Shown here: positions 23,677-34,742 of the stretch, in pieces
Layout of the letters: every line of letters starts with the position of its first letter
How positions within the stretch are numbered: position 1 is the stretch's first letter
Source of the DNA: Octopus bimaculoides
Taxonomy: Eukaryota
Assembly (NCBI RefSeq): GCF_001194135.2
Contig: NC_068989.1
Coordinates: 35,180,659-35,218,479, forward strand
Direction: 5' to 3'
DNA: 37,821 bases
The notes under the pieces: model-generated
The model's database searches: none
Told to the model about the DNA's origin: nothing
What the model saw: only the letters and a program-made list of their open reading frames with translations
Made by a program: the position numbers and the translations under genes

Positions 23677-24582
23677 TACAAGGGGGTACCCAAAAGTAAC
23701 TGGAAACATTTTCTGTGGAACAAGCCCGTTGTAGTTTAGCTTTTGCCATTAGAAACCACTTGATGTGACTCTCAGGCATCAGTCTACTGACTGGTGTTGT
23801 CCAGTGGGGTCATACTACCACATGGTGTGTCTTTGTTTTGCAGTGCTTCTCCGCCGTTTGTCAGTTTTTGCAATGGCTGAAACGAAAGAACAGCATGCTT
23901 CCTTGAAATTCTGTTTACTTCTGGGGAAAACAGTGGCCAAAACAGTTGTCATACTTCAAACAACTTACAAGGCTGTTGCCATAAGCAAAACACGAGTTTA
24001 TGAGTGGTTTTTCACACTTTAAGGAATGGTTACTTGTCACTTGAGGGCCAATCTTGTTCAGGGCGACCACAAACTCCCGAATGAATGAAAAAATCAGGAA
24101 AATTCATGAACTAATCTTGGAAGACCATCACTGAACAATTGATGAACTTGTTGATATGATTGGTGTGTCCTGGAGTCCCTGCCAACGAATTTTGAGAAAG
24201 GAACTTCAAATGAAAAGAGTTGCAGCAAAATTTGTGCCTCACTTGCTCACAGAAGATCAAAAGCAGTCATGACTGAATGTATGTCGTGAACTGAAAGAAC
24301 AGTTGGAAGTTGATCCAGACCTTTTTTGAAGGTCATCACTGGTGACAAAAGCTGGTGCTATGGAATTTGCAGATGTGGAAGAGTTGGAGAGAAAAACGAC
24401 AGAGGCGTTAAAAGCCATCGCCTCGCAAGAGTTCCAGTACTGCTTCCAATAGTGGAAAATGTGTCTGGACTGGTGCATTGCTTCAAATGGAGAATACTTT
24501 GAAGGCGATAAAAGAGTAATCATGTAAAACTAAGAATAGAATAATATTCAAAATTCTGGTTTCTTTTGGGTACCCCCTTGTA
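23677..24582 (+). mobile_element. Mariner deletion derivative (non-autonomous)
   Basis: TA-flanked ~27-bp TIRs (caagggggtacccaaaag / cttttgggtacccccttg). MAETKEQHASLKFC, KFVPHLLT and ITGDKSW are joined directly to the C-terminal WCIASNGEYFEGD, so the catalytic core is deleted. Confidence 0.92.
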
Positions 24583-24969
24583 GCCATGTATCTTCTCTCT
24601 AGCAAGACACTTGTGCCTGTCAGTCTATCATACTTTAGCCTCTCAACACCTGGCATAAAACTACAGGTGTCTCACCATAGAGGCAATACATGGCCACTCC
24701 AGCAAGAAAGGGAGAAAGAGCTGATAAGATAAAGTGAAAAGGTGAAACCCTCAAGGTACAAGGAAGTGAAGAAAAAGAAAATGGAAACAGAGGATCAAGG
24801 ATAGCTGGGTAGGCAGGTTTGTGAGAGTGTGAAAGGAGAGTGACAGATGGTAGGGATGAGGATAGAAATGAATGCAGTGAATGATGAACATGAATGAGCA
24901 TAATGTATGGTGATTGGCATTTGAAGATTGATATTTTTCATTTAATATTTACATTGATTTAATTTACAG

Positions 24970-25072
24970 GATTGCCCTGCTGGCGAAACAGATTTTCGAG
25001 AAATCCAGTGTACCTCTTACAACAATGTACCTTTCCGTGGTCGTTACTACACATGGAAGCCATTTACAGGCT
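24970..25072 (+). CDS. ADAMTS6: ADAMTS6-like window exon 10 (Cys-rich)
   Basis: cag|GAT...GGC T|gtaagt; DCPAGETDFREIQCTSYNNVPFRGRYYTWKPFTG(S). Confidence 0.95.
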
Positions 25073-25371
25073 GTAAGTTTTGTGTTTCTTATTTAATTTT
25101 AATGTAACTTTTATTTGGTATTTGACCACAAGATTTATAAAACGTTTCTACCAAAACATCATCAAAATTTTACTGTGGTCTTTAGGAGAAAATTCTTCAA
25201 GAGAATTAATAATGAAACTAATAAGATGGGATAAGATGAGAGAACAAAACTCTAGTTAGTAGCTTGATATGCAATAAACTAGTTACATCTCTCTCAAATC
25301 ACACTTTTATCAGTCAAAAGAATTTAGAAACAGAAAAAAAAAAGAAAGAAGAGAGGACAAATTGAATAATG

Positions 25372-26655
25372 TATTGGGTCATCCCATAAATAATGCTGTC
25401 TTTTCCAATTACATGAACTAAAAGTCGGAGGGGGAAGGGATAAACTACCTGCATCAGCTTGCTATAAAAAGCAGGTAGTAATTTTACCTTGTACTTTTTC
25501 TTAGTGCAAGTTTTGAAGAGTGCAGTTCGATTTTAACAGTTATTTTTTCAAAGCTATAATGGAAGTGACAAAAGAGCATATTTGGCATATTTTGCTTTAT
25601 GAGTTCAATAACAGCAACAATGCAATCGAAAGTGCAAGGAATATTAATGCAGCATATGGGGATCAGACAATAGGCATAAGCCAGCGTCAATGGTGGATCC
25701 AGAAATTCCAAGCCGGAAACTCCAGCCTAGGAGACGAGCCTTGTCCTGGAAGACCTGTAGAGCTCGTCAAGGATGTCCTGCAAACTCTGGTGGAACAAAA
25801 TCTCATTGTAACTGTTGAGGAACTAGCAGAGAAGCTTGGATTTGGTCATTCAACCATTCATCAATAACTGTGTGCCATCAGAAAGTCAGCAAATTGGGTC
25901 AATGGGTTCCTCACAAACTTTACGAGTCTAATCATGTGCAGAGAGTGAATGTGTGCTCTTCTTTGCTGTTATGTCTCACAAATGAACCTTTTTTTGGACC
26001 GAATAGAGACTGGTGACAAGAAATTGATTCTCTATAAAAATATCAAGCACCAAAGACAGTGGGTAGGGAAAAGAGAATCACCGGCAACCCAGGCTAAAGG
26101 TCCTCACCCATGTAAAGTGTTGTTATCTGTTTGGTAAGATATGAAAGGTTTAGTCCACTTTGAACTTTTAAACCCAAACCAAATGATAACAAAGCAGATC
26201 TACTGCAAGCAGCTTGAGTGGCTTAAGTGAGTGCGAGAAGAAAAACGACCATCTTTGGTTTCAAGATGGAAGGTGTTCTTCCATCAGGATAATGTTCAGC
26301 CACATACAATGAAGATGACATTCCAAAGGCTGGAGCAGTTTGAATGGGAAATGAGGCCCCACTCACCCTATTCACCAGACATTGCCCCATCTGATTATCA
26401 TTTATTCAGCAGTCTTCAAAATAATTTGAATGGAAAAAATATGAATTTTGTGGACGAGGTCAGAACAATACTGGAGGAGTATTTTTCATTATGGACAAGT
26501 GAATTTTGGAAGAGGGGCCTTGCAAGTCTACCAGATAGATAGAAGAACATTGTAGAAAATGAAGGGGTGCATCATTTAGATTAAAAAAGAACTTTGTTTA
26601 TCTTTATTTTGAAGAAAGTATAAAAAAAACACATTATTTATGAGATGACCCGATA
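25372..26655 (+). mobile_element. Full-length but inactivated mariner (DD34D)
   Basis: TA-flanked TIRs ttgggtcatcccataaataatg / cattatttatgagatgacccga; ATG at 25559; WVPHKL, TGDK, HQDN-to-YSPDIAPSD with 34 residues between the last two Ds; several stops and frameshifts. Confidence 0.95.
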
Positions 26656-27618
26656 GTTTCAGATTATGTCTGATAAAGAAAAGATAGTGTGGACACAGAA
26701 CATTTTAAATCATAAGCATGCATGGCCATAGCAGCAACAATTATGATGGTGATGATGATAATGATGATTGGAGAGAGAGGAATTAGATGTCTATGACAGT
26801 AATAATGTTGCTGCTGATGGTGATAATGGTGATTTTAAAGGAAGCTAATTATTTAACATGGAAATTTAGTTGAGGATTTATGTTTAAATTTAGATGAGAA
26901 CAGGAGCTGTGTTTACTGCTAGCTGTTGGAAGAAGTGTAATATTGGGTGGTCATTTATAATATGACTTTAGTATGGAACTAAATACACATGTGTATGTGT
27001 ATCTAGGAGTGTATATGTATGTGTATATGTATATGCGCATGCGCACACACACACGCATGCACATACACACACACACGGGCTCACACACATAAATGGAATT
27101 TTGCTTGGGATCACACTTGGAAATTGGTCCCTAATATTTAATGAAAAAACTCTTGTACCGTACCAGGTTAGCTCAGTGTTAGATGTAAAGTGAGAGGTTA
27201 TATTGATGAAGCAATCAAAATAATCACAGAGCCCTGCTATCATCAGGGAAATGGCAAAGTCCAGTATTCATAAAAGGAGTAGAAAGATATTCCATACTGT
27301 GTGCACAGTTTAAAGTGTGGATACATAAGAAATACAGTGGAATCAGAGGCAAGATAACAGTGAGTATATACTGGATGATGGTGTTCAGAAGTCAGGAATT
27401 AAAAAGTTTTTTCAATTTGGAAAAATATTGTGTTCTCAAGCAAACTACTTCATTTATCAATGTATTTAGAAAATGTTCCTTGATTTATTTTTAAAATGAT
27501 ACATTTGAAAATGACTCCTAATATTTAAATGAAAAAAACCCTTGTATCATACCAGGTTAGCATAGTGTTAGATGTAAAGTGAAAGGTTATATTGATGATT
27601 TTCTTCTTTACATTGCAG

Positions 27619-27752
27619 CTCATGTGAAACCATGTGCACTAAACTGCTTAGCAAATGGATATAACTTTTACACTGAACGTGCACCAAAGGTCATTGATGG
27701 TACTAGGTGTTTCCCAGACAAACTTGATATTTGCATCAATGGGGAATGTTGG
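27619..27752 (+). CDS. ADAMTS6: ADAMTS6-like window exon 11 (Cys-rich)
   Basis: cag|CT...TGG|gtaagt; (S)[44 protein letters not shown]. Confidence 0.96.
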
Positions 27753-28282
27753 GTAAGTTTGTATATATAATATCTATGTAAAGTTTCCCAAAGAAAATTT
27801 CAATTCAGTGAATATATTTTGAAAGTGAAAAAAAAAAAATTTTTTTAGAGTAACGTTGCTGGTCACAGTTGATATATTAAAATTTAGTTTATATATTTTT
27901 GATATTTCCTTTAGGGTCAAATTTATTGCATATATTCTTTTTAGATGATAATATACTTAATTTAAATTTTATTTTATGTTAACATTTTAAGAATTTCATA
28001 AACTTTCAAGAGAACATGAAATAATTCTTATTTTCTATTTTTCTTGGAACAGTGAGAGCATAAATGATAGCATGCAAGTATTGGGTTGAGAAACCCTTTT
28101 AGATAAAGAAAGTCCAATGGTAGAACACTTGTCATGCATACAGATGATGTGGGTTTGTGCCCCACTGGTAGCCTTCTGAATTTTCTATCCACAACGGTTT
28201 TTCAACCAAATATTTACACCTTATTTACATTGTTTACATTATTTACATTTGACAGATATTTGTCCTCACTTTGATTGTTGTT

Positions 28283-28328
28283 AACACAATGATTCGACTG
28301 ATATACCCTCCAGCCTTCATCAGGTGTC
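28283..28328 (-). ncRNA. Degenerate mirror copy of the same hammerhead motif
   Basis: Minus strand GACAC-CTGATGA-A-GGCTG(..)CAGTC-GAAT-CA-TT-GTGTT; GAAA is mutated to GAAT, so probably inactive. Confidence 0.6.
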
Positions 28329-28479
28329 TTGGGGAAATTTCGAACCTAGGTTCTCATTCCTAAGGTATTTTTCGATGTTATTATTATTATTATTATCATT
28401 CAGGTCACTGCCTGAAATCAAACTCGGAATCTTGGGGTTAGTAGCCCGTGCTCTTAACCACTGCACCATATGCCCGTGA

Positions 28480-28535
<56 letters not shown>

Positions 28536-28582
28536 TCGAAAAATGCTGTGGGAATGAGAACCTAGGTTCAAAATTTCCCCAA

Positions 28583-28628
28583 GACACCTGATGAAGGCTG
28601 GAGGGTATATCAGCCGAAATGTTGTGTT
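28583..28628 (+). ncRNA. Minimal type I hammerhead ribozyme motif
   Basis: GACAC-CTGATGA-A-GGCTG(GAGGGTATAT)CAGCC-GAAA-TG-TT-GTGTT: 5-bp stem I, 5-bp stem II, conserved core, tiny helix III (ATGT, probably CpG-decayed ACGT). Confidence 0.75.
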
Positions 28629-28907
28629 AACAACAAACAAGATGAGGAAAATATCCATCAAATGTAAATAATGTAAATAATGTACTTAATTCCTCATTTC
28701 TTAAATATAGAACTGTACTAATATTTACACATTTAATTTATGGCTTTATGTACTTTGAGATTCTCCGTTTCAAAAGAATAAAGATTAATTTATATATCCT
28801 TTTTAGATATTCTTTTAAGATGATAAAATATAAATTTTTGTCGAGGGAAAATATTTCAAAAGATTTTTGTTTCCTAAATGAAAATGAGTTTAAGGTGCTC
28901 ACGCGCA

Positions 28908-28986
<79 letters not shown>
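28908..28986. repeat. (AC)n microsatellite
   Basis: Direct reading. Confidence 0.98.
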
Positions 28987-28987
<1 letters not shown>

Positions 28988-29266
28988 ACTTCAAGCATGT
29001 CTTATTAATATTTACTATGATACATTGCTTGGGGGCAATTCAGTAGGATTGATAATGTGACAAGATGATGCTTTGTAGTTTATATTCATGTGGCTTTACA
29101 TTCTGAGTTCAAATTCTGCCACAGTCAACTATGCTTTACACTTTTCCTTGGTCAATATGATAAATTACCAACCAAATCTGAGATTAATGTCACCAATTAT
29201 AAACTTCACTTGAATTTGAAGCTTTGCAACTGTTAGTTATCGTTTTCTTCTATGTTGCTTTGGTAG

Positions 29267-29390
29267 AATGTTGGCTGTGATCATGTTCTTGGATCTGCTG
29301 CAAAGGAAGATAAATGCCGAGTATGTGGTGGAGATGGATCTACATGTAAAACCATATCTGGTACTTTTGATCAAATCTTAACTCAGGGAG
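29267..29390 (+). CDS. ADAMTS6: ADAMTS6-like window exon 12 (Cys-rich to spacer)
   Basis: tag|AAT...GGA G|gtaaga; [41 protein letters not shown](D). Confidence 0.96.
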
Positions 29391-30399
29391 GTAAGACAGT
29401 CTCTTTGCATGAAGTTCTTTTTTTTTTATCAGCAACGGATTCTGTGAGTTAAGTAACAGTTGTCATTTTACATTTACATTTATCTTTGTAGCTATCACAG
29501 TATAATGCCAGACAACAGCCAGTATCTTATAACATTGTGAATAAAATGTCTTTACCACATACCCACACACACACATACACATACGCACACACACACACAC
29601 ACACTTATACATATGTGTATGTGTGTGTGTATGATGGTCCTCATTTCAGTTTCTCTCTACTGAATCCATTCACGAGGCCTTGGTCAATCTGAGACTATTG
29701 TAGAAGACATTATTCCAAGGTACCACAAATGGGATTGTACCCAAGACCACAAGTTTAGTAAGCACACTTCTTAATCACTCATCCATTTGTGATTGATATT
29801 CCTTGTGCAAACATTTATGTCTCTATATTGGCAAAAAGTATTTGAATCATCATCAGCAGCAGCAACATCATTTAATATCCATTTCTCACACTGGCATTGG
29901 TTGTATGATTTGACAGGTATTGGTGAGCCAAACTCTACTGTCTGTTTTGGCATAGTTTGTATGGCTGGATGCCCTTCCTAGTACCAACAACTTTTAGAAT
30001 ATATTTTATTATTTATAGGACAAAAAAATGGAGACACTTCAGATCATTAAATCTTATAGGATATTTACTTATCAAAATCATGCAACAAATAAATCTTAAA
30101 ATGTATTTAATACTTTCTAATTATAAACAATCTTTATAGTAAAGGCGTTTCTACATTAATTAATGAGGGACTTCTATGCACTTACTCAACCTGCTAGAAA
30201 TAACAGCTAAATCTTTCTCTTACATTGAATAATATGGTACTAGATACACAATGTTTGGAAAACCAGAGGTAATTTCTTACTCTTAAATTCTTTGTTGAAA
30301 CAGTACTCTAGTTTCTTTCTCATGCTGCTCAACACCAGTGGAATATAAGATATTAACTTATCAGTGAAATTGTCAATACATATCACTTGAACCATTACT

Positions 30400-31050
30400 C
30401 ATCATCATCGTCATCATTATCATCATTTAACATCTGTCTGCCATGCTGGTAGGGTTGCAGCTGCACCAGTAGGGTTGCTAAGTAACTTGCAAGACAAAGA
30501 CCTCTCAGGACAAGAACAGCAAGAAGTGACTTTGTGCCAGGTGAGAGGTTGAAGTATAATTAAGGGAAAGAGATTGGTGTCTTACTGTAGAGGAGATACT
30601 TGGCTACCTCAGTAGGGAAAGAGAAGAAAGGAAGGAGTGACAGGAGAAATAGATAGATAGATAGAGAGAGAGAGAGAGATGGTCTTAGAAATACATTGGG
30701 ATCTACCTTCAATTAGCAGGGCGGATAGAGGGGGATATTCCATAAGAATGTGAAGGAAGATGTTTAGAGATGGGGAAGAGGTGACTATCTCAAGTGATGG
30801 TGAGAGAAATTGGAGTGGCTGGTAGTGGAGGTATGGTAGATATGTAGATAGGCACACAAGGGAGAGAGGAGGGGCTTGCAGTGGGTAGTGATCGTGGGTG
30901 ATGGGATGAGGGGGTTAGAAAGATTGATTGTTGAGAGAATTTGACAGATGACAGATTGTGTATGTGTAAGAGGGAGTTGGGGTATGGCCTGTGACAATTT
31001 TACTTAGCTTGATGTGTCTTCTCAAGCACAGCAAATTGCCCGAAGTCTCA
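30400..31050 (-). mobile_element. RTE LINE 3' UTR/tail
   Basis: aagtaacttgcaagacaaa and ggtgtcttactgtagagg..gatac are reverse matches to 10820-10970; purine-rich tract. Confidence 0.7.
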
Positions 31051-31984
31051 CTTTATAAGTATAAAACTTAATGGTTCCAAGGAACCAATGATCTTACAAA
31101 TTTATGTATGATATACATTTATTAATTCATTGAATCATTCGTTGTTTCTTACATATCGCAGGCAATAAATCTCTTCAAGGCATGTGACTGCAAGTATATA
31201 TCATTGACAAGGCTCAAGAAGGTTGAAATGCATCTGGTATTTTTGCAAGCCATTGCAGGGAGGATTTGTCATCTCCTTCTGATATATATTGTATTTTAAG
31301 CACAGCATGTCTATGGGATACTTTATTTTGGATGAAAACCACAGTGTTTTGCCTGTCAGTAATATATATAAAGTATGATTCATAGATGGCAATTTTAATT
31401 TAACACTACTTCACTTGTGTACACTGAGCTTTTTAATGTCTTGAATAACTGCTCCAATACTGACAGACTTTATAAGCCTATTAACCTTTGGTGGAATAAT
31501 AAGAGAAAACCTGTTATAAAAGTTGTGAAAAAATCCTTAGGAGATGTATTCAATCTACCTTGGTTATTTTACCACTTTTGTTATCATATTTCAATTAAAT
31601 TTGAAAAAACAAAAAACAATGAAGAATTTAGAGAAATAACTTTAACATTATTAAACAAGGTGTTTGGAATGAAAATTAACATGGAATTTTGGTGGAAGGT
31701 TTTAATTTAGATCACTTTAACACAGAAATTTGTATTGTTGAATTGTCAGCAGTTTCAGGCAGGTTGGTATCTAAAGGGGTTGATATCCTGTTTTATGGAG
31801 ATGTGAAATTATGGAAATCTTATTTTTTGGTGTTAATTTAACATTTGATGTTGTGACAGTATAGAGTTCTAACCACATTCCTCTTATGTATTGTAAGTTG
31901 AAGATAGCTATTCAAGTGTAATATAAATATTGAAAGGGTTTTAACATGACTCTTTTCTCCAGAACAATAAATGTAAATAATTAT

Positions 31985-32268
31985 TGCTCTACCGACCAAA
32001 CTATCACATGTTATACACCACCGATCACAAAGCGTTTCCTTACACTGTTACATCTTTCAAATAATGCCACTCTACTGGCTGGTGTAGGTTAACATTCCTC
32101 CTGAATGGGATGCCAATCTATTGCAGGGTTACCCATTTACAGCTGAGTGGACTGGTGTAATGTGAAATGAAATATTTTGCTCAAGAACACCAATACATCA
32201 CTGGTCTGGGAGCCAAAACCACAATCTTGAAATTGTCAGGGCAACACCCCTAACCATGCACCTTCACA
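31985..32268 (-). mobile_element. tRNA-derived SINE
   Basis: Minus-strand head tgtgaaggtgcatggttaggggtg, then gttcttgagcaa and ccactcagctgtaaatgggtaacc. Confidence 0.7.
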
Positions 32269-32365
32269 TAGATAATTATAACAGCTATTGCTTATTTAAA
32301 ATGTCAATTGTCATGTAAATTTTCCAGCTAAGATTTTGTTCTTATATCAATTTTTTTTCTCCAAG

Positions 32366-32446
32366 ACTACCATGAAGTTGTAAGAATTCCAAGAGGTGCT
32401 ATGAATATAAGAATTGCTGAGAAAGCTGAAAGCAAGAATTATCTAG
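32366..32446 (+). CDS. ADAMTS6: ADAMTS6-like window exon 13 (spacer)
   Basis: ccaag|AC...CTA G|gtaagt (AAG acceptor); (D)YHEVVRIPRGAMNIRIAEKAESKNYL(A). Confidence 0.92.
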
Positions 32447-32478
32447 GTAAGTCTATCTAAGGTACTTACCTACAATAG

Positions 32479-32511
<33 letters not shown>

Positions 32512-32549
32512 CAAGACGCATAGCTCAGTGGTTAGAGCGTTGAGGTTTA

Positions 32550-33370
32550 CTATTCACTTTAGAACCCACCCCTATACCTTTTTCTGTACTCATCCCTTAG
32601 GGTCATTGTAACATATCACTCCCACCTTCATACTCTTTACACATATTCATTCCTCACATTCTTATCTCTTCCTATCCTTCCCCTACTCCTCTCCCATCCC
32701 CCTCATAATATTTTGACCACTAACTAACACACCTTTTTTCACTTTCTTTCACTTTTTCATTTTTTTTCCATTTTCTCTTCTGGTTTTCACTTTTTCGTCC
32801 TCTTTCTTTCCATCTTCTTTTCTCACCTTTTCCTTTTGACCTTCTCCTCATTTTAACATACACATATCTTCTCCTCCTCTCTTTATCCATTTAATTACTA
32901 CCACTACATTCTCAAAATTTCATTCACACCACAAGACCCCTTTGAATGAACAGCACATGGAATCTATGTCTCCACACTTTCCTTTTGTAATTTCAAAATA
33001 TAAACTCCTATTGGAATTTACATACCATGGACATAAAGCATTTCTACCACTTCTACACACCACTTTCCTTGGATAATGGAACTGCAACTATAACATCTTT
33101 ATATAATTTTATTTCTACTTTCATTCGCCTATTTCCTTCTATACTCCTCATTTCCATCCTTTTCCAAAATAACTGCTTATATTGGACTCTAATATTTCCC
33201 TCTATTTAGCAATCTCACATCGTCTCTGATGAAGGGATATCCCTAGTATCCCAGAAACAGCTGTAAGACTATCTTTCTCTTTATAAATGTCCTGAAAATT
33301 CCACACAGCCTTGGTTTCATTGTCTCATTTTATTTAACATATACATTTAACATATTTAACATGCACATTT
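32550..33370 (+). mobile_element. Probable Penelope-like 3' fragment with hammerhead
   Basis: Pyrimidine-rich region, hammerhead at 33222-33269, AT-rich tail; follows a truncated SINE head (A box tagctcagtgg at ~32520). No PLE ORF recognised. Confidence 0.5.
33222..33269 (+). ncRNA. Minimal type I hammerhead ribozyme motif, intact core
   Basis: GTCT-CTGATGA-A-GGGATA(TCCCTAG)TATCCC-A-GAAA-CAGCTG-TA-AGAC: stem I GTCT/AGAC, 6-bp stem II, palindromic helix III ACAGCTGT, GUA site after 33265. Confidence 0.82.
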
Positions 33371-33666
33371 AACATATACAAGACCCGCATTAGACTCTTT
33401 ACTCATATCACTATCGAACTGAGAGTCTAACTATGGTCCTTCCATAGCACTTACATAGCCTTACCTGCTGCCTTGGGTCTTCTGGATACCAATACCTCTC
33501 TCATATATAATATATATATATATATATATATTACAGTATGTACTGTGTACCACCAGTAGTAGAGATAACCTATTATATGGCTTTGCTTTATATTGACAAT
33601 CAGTGTAATTCTGAACAAATACCAGTAGCTTAAACCATAAATAAATGTTGATTTTCTCATTGACAG

Positions 33667-33830
33667 CACTAAAGAATGAGGGCAGTGTCTATTATATCAA
33701 TGGTGGGTGGACTATAGATTGGCCGCGTAAGTTTGCAGTTGCTGGAACTATTGTACATTATGATCGACATAATGATGAACCAGAATCCTTTTATGCTCTA
33801 GGACCTATCCAGGAGAATTTTGTTGTAATG
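33667..33830 (+). CDS. ADAMTS6: ADAMTS6-like window exon 14 (spacer)
   Basis: cag|CA...ATG|gtaagt; (A)[54 protein letters not shown]. Confidence 0.96.
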
Positions 33831-34300
33831 GTAAGTTAACACATTCGATAATATAGCCTTAGATATACTATACCTAAAAGAAAGACATACGGTCGTGTTT
33901 GGAACAGGCGTGGGTACACCAGGCAGTTGTCCAGGAGCCCTGTGTTAATCTATTCAAGATGTCATTGTGTATGTAGGGTCTTCAGTACATTAATTTGTCA
34001 AGGGAGCAGTGGCGTGTATTTTTCTTAAAGCAACCCTGTCTAGGTTACCTTTAATTATAAGTGTGTTTGAACAGAAGTGATTATCTGGATCTAAACAACA
34101 AAAACAATGCTTTGAATGACATTGTGACTAATAGAATTTGAAATCAGATTATAAGAAAAAGGAAACTAAATATTATGAAACATTTTGCCTGGTGATCTAC
34201 AGTTCCTGCCATTTCTTGGTCAGAAAGATTATTATACATGGTCACATCAAAAAGAAGCCAACTGGTTATTGCCATTTTATTATTTGTTTTCTTAAAATAT

Positions 34301-34506
34301 AGGTGCAGGCATGGCTGTGTGGTAAGAAGCTTGCTTCCCAACTATATGGTTTCAAGTTCTGTTCCACTGCATGGCATCTTGGGCAGGTGTCTTCTACTAT
34401 AGCCACAGGCCAACCAAATCCTTGTGAGTGGATTTGGTAGACAGAAACTGAAAGAAGCTCATCATATACATATATATATGTGTTGTGTGTGTGTTGTGCG
34501 TGTGCG

Positions 34507-34539
<33 letters not shown>

Positions 34540-34742
34540 TTGTCCCCCATCACCACTTGACAAGCGGTGTTGTTGTGTTTATGCCCCCATAAATTAACAG
34601 TTCTGCAAAAGAGACCAATAGAATAAGTATCAGACTTAATAAAAAAAAAAGTACTGAGGTTCTTTCATTTGACTAAAAAATAAGGCTGTACTCCAGCATG
34701 GCCACAGTCTAATGACTAAAGCAAATAAAAAGATAAAAACAG
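34301..34742 (+). mobile_element. tRNA-derived SINE family A, full length
   Basis: aggtgcaggcatggctgtgtggtaag head, core, internal (TG)n and A-rich tail ending ~16 nt before exon 15. Confidence 0.85.

Larger units (their letters stand above)
28226..28684. mobile_element. Inverted-repeat element: tRNA-like head plus two divergent hammerhead-bearing arms
   Basis: Arms 28226-28408 and 28476-28684 are near reverse complements; the 67-nt loop holds a minus-strand A box (TGGTGCAGTGG) and a degenerate B box (GAGTTTGATTTC). Confidence 0.85.

Noticed and set aside
25559-26582. Active transposase or domesticated SETMAR-like gene
   Set aside because: Multiple stops and frameshifts, no SET domain, and no evidence of splicing into host exons.
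28409-28476. Possible tRNA gene (ACT anticodon loop, minus strand)
   Set aside because: Degenerate B box and poor acceptor and T stems; treated as a SINE-type promoter, not a functional tRNA.
32361-32365. Non-canonical acceptor at exon 13
   Set aside because: AAG is an uncommon but canonical AG acceptor, with a good pyrimidine tract and correct phase.
32513-32545. tRNA-like A box tagctcagtggttagagc
   Set aside because: Truncated SINE head with no B box or cloverleaf.
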